A program made the translations under genes and the position numbers. This document shows positions 16,404-26,030 of a stretch of 64,000 nucleotides of DNA, piece after piece. The notes beneath the pieces were generated by a model. The model was not told the DNA's origin and did no database searches. It was given only the letters and a program-made list of their open reading frames with translations. The first letter of the stretch is position 1; every line of letters starts with the position of its first letter. The stretch is taken from NCBI GenBank assembly GCA_963711565.1, contig CAVQEQ010000003.1, positions 416,654 through 480,653 of the forward strand, read 5' to 3'. This stretch comes from an uncultured delta proteobacterium. GTDB lineage: Bacteria; Desulfobacterota; Binatia; Binatales; Binataceae.

Positions 16404-18803
16404 ATGGCAAGAATCCAGACATCTCCCGTCGCCACCGGCGCACCCGGCATCCCGCCGCGATGGACCCGCAGCGCCAAGGACGCGGTCTGCACCGCGTACT
16501 CGTCGGCCAGCCGCCTGTGGTTCACGACCTCCGTCGGCGTCCTCAACGAGATTTATTTTCCGACGATCGATCAGCCGCAGGTCCGCGACGTCCAGTTTCT
16601 GATCACCGACGGCGAGACGTTCTTTCACGATGAACGCCGGCATCTGCAGTCCACCACCGAATATCTCGCGGCGACGGGACTCGGGGTAAAGATCGTCAGC
16701 CACTCGCCCGACGGCCGCTATCATATCTACAAGGAGATCATTACCGATCCGCATCAGCCGACCCTGCTCGTCAACGCGCGGCTCGAGGGTGACCCGGAGC
16801 TGCTAAAGAAGCTTCACCTCTACGTTCTACTCGCGCCGCACCTGGGCGTCGGCGGGTGGGGCAACAACGGCTACCTGTCGAGGATCGTCGGCCACGAGTT
16901 CCTGACGGCGAACAAGGATGGCGTCTGGCTGGCTCTGGGAACCACCGAGCCGTTTCTCAGAACGTCATGCGGATACGTCGGCAGCACCGACGGCTGGCAG
17001 GACATCAAAGCCAACTTCAAGATGGATTATGAGTTCGCCGCCGCGCTCGACGGCAACATCGCGCTGACTGCCGAAATCGACTTGCGCAAGGGCTACTCGT
17101 TCACGCTCGGCCTCGGCTTCGGCCGCGAGCTCAATCGTGCCGTCACGACCTTGTATCAATCGCTCGCCGAGCCTTTCGCCGAGCATCGCGAGCGCTTCCT
17201 CGAGCAATGGGATCGCGCGTGCCGGCATATCGCACCGCTCGACAAATTTTCCGGCGACGGCGGCGCGCTCTATCGCCGCGGCTGCCAGCTGCTGCTCGCG
17301 CACGAGGACAAAACTTATCCCGGCGCGCTCATCGCTTCGCTCAGCATCCCCTGGGGCGAGGCCAAGAGCGACGAAGACCTGGGCGGCTACCATCTCGTCT
17401 GGACCCGCGACATGGTAAACAGCGTGACCGGCCTGGCCGCCACCGGCGACGTCACCACCGCGCTGCGCGCGCTCATCTATCTTGCGTGCGCACAGCGTCC
17501 GGACGGCGGCTTTCCGCAGAATTTCTGGATCGACGGCAAGCCCTACTGGAACGGCATTCAGCTCGACGAAGTTTCGTTTCCGATCACGCTCGCGTGGCGC
17601 TTGCACAGGCACGGCGCGCTCAAGGATTTCGATCCGTATCCGATGGTGATCCGCGCGGCGCATTTCCTGGTTGATAACGGTCCGCCGACGCCGCAGGAGC
17701 GATGGGAGGAGAATGCCGGCTACTCGCCTTCGACGCTCGCCGCCAATATCGCCGGGCTCGTCTGCGCCGCATGCTTCGCGCGCGACCGCGGCGATGTCAT
17801 CAGCGCGCAATTCCTCGAGGAGTACGCCGACTTCCTCGAAGCGCACATCGAAACCTGGACCGTCACCAACGACGGCTTCCTCGTTCCCGGCGTCAAGCGC
17901 CACTACGTCCGCATCAATCCTATCGACATCGCCAATCCCGACGCTGCTGAAAACATCGAGGGCAAGCGCGTCTTCATTCACAATCGCGCACCCGGCGCGC
18001 AGGCAGAATTTCCCGTCGCGGAAATCGTCGACGGCGGATTTCTCGAGCTGGTCCGCTACGGCATCCGCAAAGCCGGCGACTCGCTGATGGAGGATTCGCT
18101 GCGCGTGATCGATGCCGTCCTCAAGACCGACTTCCCCGCCGGTCCATGCTGGCGCCGCTATACTCACGACGGCTACGGCCAGCGCGACGACGGCGGACCG
18201 TTCCTCGGATGGGGCCGCGGACGCCCGTGGCCGCTGCTGACGGGAGAGCGCGGACATTACGAGCTCGCCGCGGGCCGCGACCCGACGCCGTATCTGCAAG
18301 CGATGGAGCGGTTTGCGAACGCCACGCAGTTGCTGCCCGAGCAAATCTGGGATCAGCCCGACATCTCGCGCCGATTGCTCAAATACGGCGGCCAGACCGG
18401 CAGCGCGACACCCCTGATGTGGGCGCACGCCGAGTATATCAAGCTGCTGCGCTCGACCTCGGACGGCCGCGTGTTCGACATGATCGACGAAGTGCGGGAC
18501 CGCTACATGAAGCCGGGCCGAAAGCAGAGCCGCCTCCGCGTGTGGAAGTCCAACCGCCGCGTCATGTCGGTTTCACCCGGCGACCGCCTGCGCATCCAGG
18601 CGACCGCGCCGTTCACGCTGCATTGGTCCAACGACGAATGGCAGCACGTCAACGACACCGGGTTGACCTCGACGCCGATCGGCTTCGACTACGTAGACAT
18701 CGACATCGGCGCGAGCGACAAGGCGCCTATTCGCTTCACCTTCAACTGGCGCGAGTCGGGCAATTGGGAAGGCCGCGACTACGCGGTCGCGATCGCGAAA
18801 TAA
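16404..18803 (+). CDS. GH15 glucoamylase / glucodextranase-family glycoside hydrolase with an N-terminal beta-sandwich domain
   Basis: N-terminus GAPGIPPRWT.S.K...FTTS.GVLNEIYFP, catalytic region LVWTRD, ERWEEN and PLMWAHAEY. Confidence 0.85.
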   Translation: MARIQTSPVATGAPGIPPRWTRSAKDAVCTAYSSASRLWFTTSVGVLNEIYFPTIDQPQVRDVQFLITDGETFFHDERRHLQSTTEYLAATGLGVKIVSHSPDGRYHIYKEIITDPHQPTLLVNARLEGDPELLKKLHLYVLLAPHLGVGGWGNNGYLSRIVGHEFLTANKDGVWLALGTTEPFLRTSCGYVGSTDGWQDIKANFKMDYEFAAALDGNIALTAEIDLRKGYSFTLGLGFGRELNRAVTTLYQSLAEPFAEHRERFLEQWDRACRHIAPLDKFSGDGGALYRRGCQLLLAHEDKTYPGALIASLSIPWGEAKSDEDLGGYHLVWTRDMVNSVTGLAATGDVTTALRALIYLACAQRPDGGFPQNFWIDGKPYWNGIQLDEVSFPITLAWRLHRHGALKDFDPYPMVIRAAHFLVDNGPPTPQERWEENAGYSPSTLAANIAGLVCAACFARDRGDVISAQFLEEYADFLEAHIETWTVTNDGFLVPGVKRHYVRINPIDIANPDAAENIEGKRVFIHNRAPGAQAEFPVAEIVDGGFLELVRYGIRKAGDSLMEDSLRVIDAVLKTDFPAGPCWRRYTHDGYGQRDDGGPFLGWGRGRPWPLLTGERGHYELAAGRDPTPYLQAMERFANATQLLPEQIWDQPDISRRLLKYGGQTGSATPLMWAHAEYIKLLRSTSDGRVFDMIDEVRDRYMKPGRKQSRLRVWKSNRRVMSVSPGDRLRIQATAPFTLHWSNDEWQHVNDTGLTSTPIGFDYVDIDIGASDKAPIRFTFNWRESGNWEGRDYAVAIAK

Positions 18804-18943
18804 GCGGTAAAATCGGTCTCAAAGGTTCATTTCTTCTCGCCGATGTATTGCCGTAACACGGGCAATTGCATATCTGTAGGTCCGTTCTCAGAACTGCGGC
18901 GTAAAACGCCGCACGTCAAATGCTCGATAGTGGGAGGGGACCG

Positions 18944-19534
18944 ATGAAATTCAGATTCCTTATGGCCGCAATAATCGCGACCGCGTTTTGCGCAACGCCT
19001 ACTTGGGCTTGGCACCGATCGGATCTTCAGCAGAACGCTGTACCGGACAAGAAAACCAAAACACCAAAACCCTCGAAGTACGACATTACTCTAACCATCG
19101 ACGGTGGATATGGCGGTGCGGGTACCCCCACCAGCACCGGTTGCCCGGGCGGAGAGGATTACGCCGATTACTGTCTTTCCGGTGAGTGCTATTGCTACAC
19201 GTACACAGGGAAAGCCAGTGGCACGGCTGGCAGCGGCACGGTGACGTTCTATGAGTCCTACGATGATGAGTACTATTTTTCCGATGCGGAGGCCGGATGC
19301 GACCAGGCGTTCGGTGACATAGAAATCAACGGTTCAAAGGATGTCGAGAGTATCTCATTCTGGGGCGCGGACTGCGGCAGCGACTTCACCCCGCAATTTT
19401 TTCTCAGCGGGGGCTGCACACTCGAGGACACGAGTATCTTTTTAGACGGAGCAGTTGGGCCGTGTTCGGGCAATTTCAATTACGCTGCCTCAGGGCCTAC
19501 GACCTTCTCAATCAAGGGATCAGCCTTGAAGTAG
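18944..19534 (+). CDS. Secreted Cys-rich hypothetical protein
   Basis: Signal peptide MKFRFLMAAIIATAFCATPTWA. The mature part is Gly/Tyr/Cys-rich. An SD-like GGGAGGGGA lies upstream. No family was recognised. Confidence 0.5.
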   Translation: MKFRFLMAAIIATAFCATPTWAWHRSDLQQNAVPDKKTKTPKPSKYDITLTIDGGYGGAGTPTSTGCPGGEDYADYCLSGECYCYTYTGKASGTAGSGTVTFYESYDDEYYFSDAEAGCDQAFGDIEINGSKDVESISFWGADCGSDFTPQFFLSGGCTLEDTSIFLDGAVGPCSGNFNYAASGPTTFSIKGSALK

Positions 19535-19585
19535 GCTGATCCATGCTGCTCACCGTCGAGCGGTGGGCGTCGACGAAGCACTCAA

Positions 19586-19620
19586 GGGACCGTTCGAGGT
19601 GGATCGAGCGGTCCCTTTTT
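19586..19620 (+). terminator. Rho-independent terminator downstream of 18944-19534
   Basis: GGGACCGTTCGA-ggtgga-TCGAGCGGTCCC (12 bp stem with one G-U pair) followed by TTTTT. Confidence 0.65.
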
Positions 19621-19853
19621 CATTCTCATCTCTTCCTCCCTTAACAGCCCGTAATCTCGCGCGACTCGCACCATCTCGGCGACGAGACCGCCGCATTTGC
19701 GCATCGCCTTCGCGTCCTTTTGAGATTCTTGCGCTCTCTCAGGCCGTCGCGCTCTGGCACGAAGCTGGCTCTCTCCTCTCTGCGGACGCGCGCCTTACGA
19801 TCCGTTAATAACCAAATCGGCGCGCGTGCGTACTTGTACGTGGAGGACGACCG

Positions 19854-20174
19854 ATGAGTAGCAAGGATCCGTTTGTGCGCGACGCGGTTGAGGTAAGGCT
19901 GGTGTTCGCATTGCTGGTGCTGATGGCATTGCTGATTGTCCAGGGTTGCACCGCGTTCAATCCGCAGGGCGCCGCCATCCAGCAAGCGCCCAACTACTAC
20001 AACGGCGAATCGTACAGCCAGTTGTCGCCCGAGCAGAAAATGCAACTCGAAGATCACCTCGCCAATCAGAGCAACTCGGCGTGGAGAACCAGCGCCGACG
20101 TAGCGTCAAGCGCTGGCCAGCTCGGACAGGGAACCGGAGTTCTGCTCTGGGGAATCCACTCGATCCAGAAGTAA
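19854..20174 (+). CDS. Small lipoprotein, paralogue 1
   Basis: GGAGGA SD, signal peptide ...LLIVQGC, and the conserved block YSQLSPEQKMQLEDHLANQSNSAW. Confidence 0.55.
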   Translation: MSSKDPFVRDAVEVRLVFALLVLMALLIVQGCTAFNPQGAAIQQAPNYYNGESYSQLSPEQKMQLEDHLANQSNSAWRTSADVASSAGQLGQGTGVLLWGIHSIQK

Positions 20175-20196
20175 ATAGTTACGGCTCAAGGTTTCG

Positions 20197-20565
20197 ATGT
20201 TGGTCGTGACTCCCGCCCCTGCCGCGACATTGATCGCGGCGATTACCCTCGCGCTCATGCTGTCAGGCTTGTCCGGATGCACCAATATGATGCCGCAATA
20301 TGCTGCCCAGAATTACGCGCCTTCCTACTACGAAGGCGGCTACAGCACGCTGACGCCGCAGCAGAAATTCCAGCTCGAAGACCATCTCTCTAATCAGAGC
20401 AATCAGGCATGGCAGACTACCGCGCAGGTCATGAGCGGCGCCGGTCGGCTGCTCGGTGGAACAGGAAGTCTGTTAAGCGCGATTCGCTCGATTGAGAAGC
20501 CGCCATCCGGCGGCGCTGCGCGAGCGCGCAACCTGCGGATACACCCGCGGCTAGCAGTACGCTGA
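20197..20565 (+). CDS. Small lipoprotein, paralogue 2
   Basis: Lipobox LSGLSGC and the block YSTLTPQQKFQLEDHLSNQSNQAW, which aligns with paralogue 1. It has a 21 aa C-terminal extension relative to paralogue 1. Confidence 0.55.
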   Translation: MLVVTPAPAATLIAAITLALMLSGLSGCTNMMPQYAAQNYAPSYYEGGYSTLTPQQKFQLEDHLSNQSNQAWQTTAQVMSGAGRLLGGTGSLLSAIRSIEKPPSGGAARARNLRIHPRLAVR

Positions 20566-20749
20566 CTCGGCGTGGCGAAAGGATCGAGGTGAAGCCGAGA
20601 GAGCGGTCCACTGCTCGCTCGACCTACCCCGCCCCCCGCTCATTCGTACAGTTTCCAGTCCGACGCGGTCAGCCTGGAAGGAAACAATGGAAGCCAATCA
20701 ACGGGTAGCGGGTTTTGAGCCCACTACCCATCAATGGATTCGAAAGGAC

Positions 20750-22492
20750 TTAGGTTGTGCCGTTGGGGATTAACCGGGAGACCGTGAGATCGTTCGAGAT
20801 GGCCTGGAAGATCTGGTTCAGGGTTCCGGTCGATCGGGCATCAGCGGCGCAGCCAGAGGTCGTAGATGTGACGTCGGTGAAGAAGTTCTGGTTATTCTGT
20901 ACGTAGTCGCCCGGGGTTGTGGGCGAGTTTGCGATACCCTGCATCGTGCAGACCGGGCTCGCATACGTACCGCTGTCAGTACTGCATCCACTTGTCTCGG
21001 CGCCGTAGGCGACTGCATATACCGTGGTTCCCGCTGCCGCTGCGGCTTGGGCGCGGGCTACTGCCTGTGCGCACTGCCCCGTACCCAAATAAACGGTCGA
21101 TGGCGCCGGCTTTGTCTCCTGCATCCCTTCGCTACCGGCACCCGAAGTAGTAGGCGTAGCTTCAGTAACATCTGCATTCGCTTCGCCATCGCTGACCAGA
21201 ATCATCACGTTCTTCGTGCTGACTCCCAAGCCCTGTCGCACGGTTTGCTGCGCGATGAGCGCGCTTTGTGCCGTATCAATTACGCCCGCATAGAAGGTTC
21301 CCTCGCCGCCCGGAGCGCCAAGGCCCGTGCTGCAACCTCCACCGGCCGCGATCACGAGGTCGGAGCCGGAAACCAGCGAGGTCGCCGTGTCGGAAGTGCG
21401 GTAGTCGCTCGACCACGGAACAATCTCGTATTCGGGTGGGTTAGGGTTCGAAGAGCAAGCAGTGTTATCGGCCACAGTTGTCCCGGATGGGTCCTTGCCC
21501 GCGCAGCCGGCAAGAGGAGTGCCTTTGCCTGTACATTTGGCGGCTTCTTTGCCCGAGCAGCAAGCAACAGGAGCACCCGCGGCTGTGCAATTTTCGTAAT
21601 TGAAGAACTCGTTGTAGGAGGTAATCGGCGGGTTTGTAGTAGGACACTGTACATCGTCCTTAACATTCCCAATCGCTGAACCGCTCGCTGCCAGCCCCGG
21701 GAACGTAAACAGAGCGACTTCATCGATGGGATTGCTGGAGACGTTAGTTCCGTTTAGGGTGCCACTCGCGGGCGAGGGAACGTCGAACGAGCTGGTTTCG
21801 GTCTCGGGGCAGCTGGTCAGCCCCGCGGCGCACGGCGACAGCGTGCTTAGCAGGGTCTGGACGCCTTCCAACGCGCATTGAATTCTTTCCTTACCGCAGT
21901 TGCCGGCGTCGGTCTGAGTCATCGACTCCGTCGAATCGATGATAATTGCCACGTTGTAAGGGCCATTAAATCCGCCCTTCGCACTCGCCAGCGCGCTTGC
22001 CGAGATTGTCCAGGTCGGGAAGCCGAGCACGTTGGCGAATGTCGTCGGAATCGTTGCCGTCTCCGTCACGCGGAGGGCGTTATCGCCCGAGTAGTCGGCT
22101 TTGCACGAGGGAACACCCTCTGCGGCGGCTGCGGCGCTGGTCAGACACACGGGCGTAACCGTCACTTTAACGTTGGTCAGCAAATTGCTGGTGTCGTTTG
22201 CGTCCGTAGTTGCTGCACCGCTGTAGCTCGTCGCAGTGGTCTGTATCTCGCTTGCTGACTCATCTTCATTAGACATCACCGAGCCGCCGGCCAACGCGGC
22301 CGCCCGGGTTTGAGCCAGAAGCTGTTGATAGCCGTAATAGACACGGCCGACATCGACGACTAGCGCAACCACAAGCATAAGGGTAACCAAGCCAACCATT
22401 ATCATTACTAATGACTGCCCTCGCTCCCCTTCGCGCAACCTGCGCACAACATACTTGTTGTTCCGGACGGAAGATTCGTTGTCTTGCTTCAT
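20750..22492 (-). CDS. TadG-like pilus-assembly protein with a von Willebrand factor A domain
   Basis: Start chosen at MKQDNESS. The N-terminal TM/TadG-like segment is GQSLVMIMVGLVTLMLVVALVVDVGRVYY. The VWA MIDAS-like motif IIIDSTES and later ILVSDGEAN are present. Its ATG overlaps the tadE-like stop codon. Confidence 0.7.
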   Translation of the reverse strand: MKQDNESSVRNNKYVVRRLREGERGQSLVMIMVGLVTLMLVVALVVDVGRVYYGYQQLLAQTRAAALAGGSVMSNEDESASEIQTTATSYSGAATTDANDTSNLLTNVKVTVTPVCLTSAAAAAEGVPSCKADYSGDNALRVTETATIPTTFANVLGFPTWTISASALASAKGGFNGPYNVAIIIDSTESMTQTDAGNCGKERIQCALEGVQTLLSTLSPCAAGLTSCPETETSSFDVPSPASGTLNGTNVSSNPIDEVALFTFPGLAASGSAIGNVKDDVQCPTTNPPITSYNEFFNYENCTAAGAPVACCSGKEAAKCTGKGTPLAGCAGKDPSGTTVADNTACSSNPNPPEYEIVPWSSDYRTSDTATSLVSGSDLVIAAGGGCSTGLGAPGGEGTFYAGVIDTAQSALIAQQTVRQGLGVSTKNVMILVSDGEANADVTEATPTTSGAGSEGMQETKPAPSTVYLGTGQCAQAVARAQAAAAAGTTVYAVAYGAETSGCSTDSGTYASPVCTMQGIANSPTTPGDYVQNNQNFFTDVTSTTSGCAADARSTGTLNQIFQAISNDLTVSRLIPNGTT

Positions 22493-22989
22493 TGTATAAG
22501 CTCCGCGGCCGTTGCCGATAAGGTGCAGGCAGGATTCCAGCCAGTGAGATTCTGTAAAATGATGGGGATATTGAGGCTGCACGGATAGGTAACGGTTACC
22601 TTGGCAGTATCGCCCGACACCAGATCGCCGCTCGCGCCGGAACACGAGGTGCCCCCAATCGCAGATCCGTACGTAATCACAGGCGGGGTTCCGCTAGTGG
22701 TCCCAATCTGAATCGTGTAGGTGAGATCCGCAGCAGTGAGGCCCGGCGCTGCGCTCGTGACCGCTGTAACAGTGGTCGCGCACGGGTCAGAGGTATCGCC
22801 TCGACTAATTGAAAGTTGCTGAGCACCGATGGTCGTAGCGGATGTCAGCGTCAACTCGTTGTTAAATGCAACCCCGAACACCACTATGGCCATAAGCAGG
22901 CCGAGCAGCAGCGGCACTGAGAGAGCGAACTCAGTCATCGCCTGGCCTGGATCGTCGCGAAGGCGAAACCTGCCCAATCTCTTCTTCAT
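22489..22989 (-). CDS. TadE-like pilus-assembly protein
   Basis: N-terminal TadE motif GQAMTEFALSVPLLLGLLMAIVVFG. Confidence 0.7.
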   Translation of the reverse strand: MKKRLGRFRLRDDPGQAMTEFALSVPLLLGLLMAIVVFGVAFNNELTLTSATTIGAQQLSISRGDTSDPCATTVTAVTSAAPGLTAADLTYTIQIGTTSGTPPVITYGSAIGGTSCSGASGDLVSGDTAKVTVTYPCSLNIPIILQNLTGWNPACTLSATAAELIQ

Positions 22990-23402
22990 ACATCACCCCT
23001 CGGTACCGTTCTGTGAGGGAAACGGACCAAGATACTTGTACTTGTATCTACCCCACGTCGCAAGAGTTAAGAACCGGTAGCCCCACAAGGTAAGCAACCT
23101 GAATGCCAAAGCTGATATCTGGCACTTTTCACTCGTTTGGTAGTTTATATTAGGCAGCGGGATGAAATTCAAGCGCCGCTGGTGGCGATTCTGCTACTGC
23201 TTGTAGCACGAAGTTGGCTGGTTGAGGTCGGCGAGAGCAACCAAGGGAGGCATTAACAGCTACGCTTCGGGCCGAAATTTCGCGGGCGGCGCAGATGATT
23301 CCAGCGAGCACTACCTCTCTGCGAAACGCTTGTATTAACAGGCGTTTAGCCTTCGTAACCTCAAAATACATCTCTCCGTACCCTGATCAGGAGAGACAAA
23401 TT

Positions 23403-23624
23403 ATGAAAATCCACACTTCCATTATCGCCGCGACGTTCGGGCTTCTCATGATGGCGATGCCAAGCATTGCGTCCGCCGAGATCGTCGTGTATCCGCGCGC
23501 CGTGCACCCCGTGATGGTCCAGGAGGTCGTCGAACCCGCCCCCTTCACCACCGTCGAGTACTATCGGCCGTGGGCATGCGCCAACGGATTCTTCCGCCGC
23601 CATCATCGGTGGATGTGCCGCTAA
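23403..23624 (+). CDS. Small secreted protein (73 aa precursor) with a cationic, 2-Cys C-terminus
   Basis: AGGAGA SD 7 nt upstream of the ATG, signal peptide MKIHTSIIAATFGLLMMAMPSIASA, C-terminus CANGFFRRHHRWMCR. Confidence 0.5.
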   Translation: MKIHTSIIAATFGLLMMAMPSIASAEIVVYPRAVHPVMVQEVVEPAPFTTVEYYRPWACANGFFRRHHRWMCR

Positions 23625-23677
23625 CCCGGCCGAGGCGGGCGGTGTGTCAAAATGACACCCGCTCGCATCCCTGCGAT

Positions 23678-23914
23678 TTACCCTTGCCCAATCCGCTCTA
23701 TCGCGAACTGCGCAGCCAAGGATGCCATCATCGCCTCGACTTCATCGCGCGAATCCGCCGAGAAGTAAATCCGCAGGTGATGCCGGACGGGGTCTTCGGT
23801 CCGCAGCGTGGCGAGATTGTCGTACGACTCAACGATCGACTTGAACAGCACGATCTGCTCGGGCGGTATCGCGATCAGCATCGAGGCGATCGCCGGCGGC
23901 TTGTTCTCACTCAC
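23678..23914 (-). CDS. Small conserved protein, DUF4911-like
   Basis: 78 aa. The pattern ...IVLFKSIVESYDNLATLRTEDP...LRIYFSADSRDEVEAMM resembles DUF4911 as I remember it. Not searched. Confidence 0.45.
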   Translation of the reverse strand: MSENKPPAIASMLIAIPPEQIVLFKSIVESYDNLATLRTEDPVRHHLRIYFSADSRDEVEAMMASLAAQFAIERIGQG

Positions 23915-23952
23915 GGTTTACTGCTACCTCCGCGACCCCTACATTCTAGCCG

Positions 23953-24837
23953 ATGACGCTGCCGCGGGTCTTGTTCGTAACCGGCAAAGGCGGCACCGGC
24001 AAGAGCACGGTGGCGGCCGCGCTGGCGATTGCGCTGTCGCATCGGCGTCCAACCACGCTCGCCGACCTGGACCGGCGATTGTCCGCGGCGGCGGCGCTCG
24101 GCGCGATGCCGGAAGATTCGACCGCCGTTAAAATCAGCGACACGCTCGACGTGATCGCGTTGACGCCGCGCGCGGAGCTCGAAGCCTTCATCGAGCGGAT
24201 CGTCCCGATCCGCGCAATTTCGCGCCGGATGCTGCGCAGTCGGACTTTCGGCTACGTCACCGCGGCGCTGCCCGGCCTCGAGGCGTTCCTGTTGCTGGAA
24301 CGGCTCCGGATTATGGCAGGAGATGCCGCGCTGGAGGACCGCTATCTCGTAATCGACGCTCCCGCCTCGGGCAGCGCCGTCGAGCTGCTCTCGGTCTCGT
24401 CGGGCGTCAAGGGAATCGCGCCGGGCGGCACGCTGAACCGGCTGGCCGATTCGATCGACAGCTTTCTTGGCGACGCGACGCGCTTCGGCGCGGTAATCAC
24501 GACGACGCCGGAGGACCTGGCGGTGCGCGAGGCGCTCGAGACGGCCGCGACGATTCGCGAGCGGCTCGGCGTCGCCACGGTCGCCGCGATAATGAACTGC
24601 GTTCCCGATTTGATGTTCGACACCTCCGAGCTCGCCGCGATAAGCGCGCTCGGCGGCCACGCCGGCCTGGCGATACGCCGGAACGCCGCGCGTGAGAATG
24701 CGGCGCTCGTCGCCCCGCGATTCGCCGACGCCGGCCTCTCGACGATCAGCCTTCCGATGATGTTCACGCCAGCCATCGGTCCGCGCGAGATCGCGAAACT
24801 CGGCCGCGTACTGGATACGGAGCTGCTCGACCGATGA
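23953..24837 (+). CDS. ArsA/Get3-family P-loop ATPase (first of a pair)
   Basis: Deviant Walker A VTGKGGTGKSTVAAALA. It overlaps the next gene by 4 nt. Confidence 0.8.
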   Translation: MTLPRVLFVTGKGGTGKSTVAAALAIALSHRRPTTLADLDRRLSAAAALGAMPEDSTAVKISDTLDVIALTPRAELEAFIERIVPIRAISRRMLRSRTFGYVTAALPGLEAFLLLERLRIMAGDAALEDRYLVIDAPASGSAVELLSVSSGVKGIAPGGTLNRLADSIDSFLGDATRFGAVITTTPEDLAVREALETAATIRERLGVATVAAIMNCVPDLMFDTSELAAISALGGHAGLAIRRNAARENAALVAPRFADAGLSTISLPMMFTPAIGPREIAKLGRVLDTELLDR

Positions 24838-25940
24838 AGCCGCTCGACTTGCGCTCGCAGAAACTCGTGATCTGCCTGGGGCCCGGCGGCGTCGGCAAGA
24901 CTACCATCAGTGCAGCGCTCGCGGTGCGCGGCGCGATGCTCGGATGCGCCGTCGATGTGATGACAGTAGATCCAGCGCCGCGCCTGCTCGATGCGCTCGG
25001 CCTCGCGGCGGATTCATCCGAGCCGGTCGAGGTTGCGCTCGACGGCATTCGGCCTTCGCACCGCGGCGGCGCGTCGAATCGCGCGAGGCTGCGTGCGTTG
25101 CGGCTCGATCCGAAACGCACCTTCGATTCGATCGTCGCGCGCTACGCCTCGTCGGCCGCGGCGCGCGACACGATTCTCGAAAATCGAATCTATCGCAACC
25201 TCTCGGGCGCGCTCGCGGGCGTCGGCGACTACATGGCGATGGAGAAGCTGCTAGAACTGGCAGCCAATCCCGCCACTGACCTGATTGTTCTCGACACGCC
25301 GCCCGCGACCGAGGCAATCGACTTCCTCGACGCGCCGCGCCGCCTGCTCGAACTGCTCAACTCACGCGCCGTCACGTTGCTGGGCGCACCTGCCGGACTG
25401 TTCAGGAGCCAGTTGCGGATGGTGGATATCGCCGCGCGCGCCGTGCTCGCGGCGTTCGATCGCGTGACGGGCCTGAACCTGCTGAGCGACGTGCAATCGT
25501 TCGTGCGCAGTTTCGACGGCATGTACGAAGGCTTCTCTGCTCGCGCTGAACGCGCACAGGAGAAGCTGCGCGCGCCGGACACGGCAATCGTGATCGTCAC
25601 GACCGCGGAGTCGAGCCGTATCGCGCAGGCGCGCGAATTTGTCGGCGCGCTCGAGGATGCCGGCTTGCGTATCGCCGCGATGGTCGTGAATCGGGTGCTT
25701 GCGAAGCTGCCCGACGCGGCGGAACTAACGTCGGCACGCATCGCGCCTTCGCTCAAGAAAAAGTTGAAGCGCAATCTCGCCGATTACACCGCGCTCAAGA
25801 AGCGCGAGGAAGTATCGCTGAGCGCGCTGCGCGATTCGCTTCCGGCAGGCGCTGTCCTGATGGTTGCGCCCGACCTTGGCCGCGAGCCGCGCACTATCGC
25901 GGACCTGGCCCAAATCGGCCGCAGTGTTGTGTCATCCTGA
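24834..25940 (+). CDS. ArsA/Get3-family P-loop ATPase (second of a pair)
   Basis: LGPGGVGKTTISAALA Walker A, DTPP Walker B-like LIVLDTPPATEAIDFLD, and a C-terminal VVNRV segment. Confidence 0.8.
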   Translation: MKPLDLRSQKLVICLGPGGVGKTTISAALAVRGAMLGCAVDVMTVDPAPRLLDALGLAADSSEPVEVALDGIRPSHRGGASNRARLRALRLDPKRTFDSIVARYASSAAARDTILENRIYRNLSGALAGVGDYMAMEKLLELAANPATDLIVLDTPPATEAIDFLDAPRRLLELLNSRAVTLLGAPAGLFRSQLRMVDIAARAVLAAFDRVTGLNLLSDVQSFVRSFDGMYEGFSARAERAQEKLRAPDTAIVIVTTAESSRIAQAREFVGALEDAGLRIAAMVVNRVLAKLPDAAELTSARIAPSLKKKLKRNLADYTALKKREEVSLSALRDSLPAGAVLMVAPDLGREPRTIADLAQIGRSVVSS

Positions 25941-26030
25941 CGAAGCGAGCAACGCGAGCGGCAGGAAGGATCTCGGACAGCTTCGCGTCAGCGAAGCCGG
26001 TACCGGTTTTCGCAATCGCGCAGCGCTCCT

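Noticed and set aside
16965-18428. 487 aa minus-strand ORF
   Set aside because: It is antisense to the GH15 glucoamylase gene and has Arg/Ala/Gly-rich composition typical of spurious ORFs in high-GC DNA.
20690-20750. tRNA-like TTCGAATCC motif on the minus strand
   Set aside because: The flanking bases do not form a T-arm, and no acceptor/anticodon stems could be folded around it.
22990-23400. Flp-type pilin gene upstream of tadE, including the 73 aa ORF 23150-23371
   Set aside because: I read all three minus-strand frames. There is no G/XXXXEY-type Flp motif or hydrophobic pilin segment, and the 73 aa ORF is Ala/Arg-rich with no TM helix.
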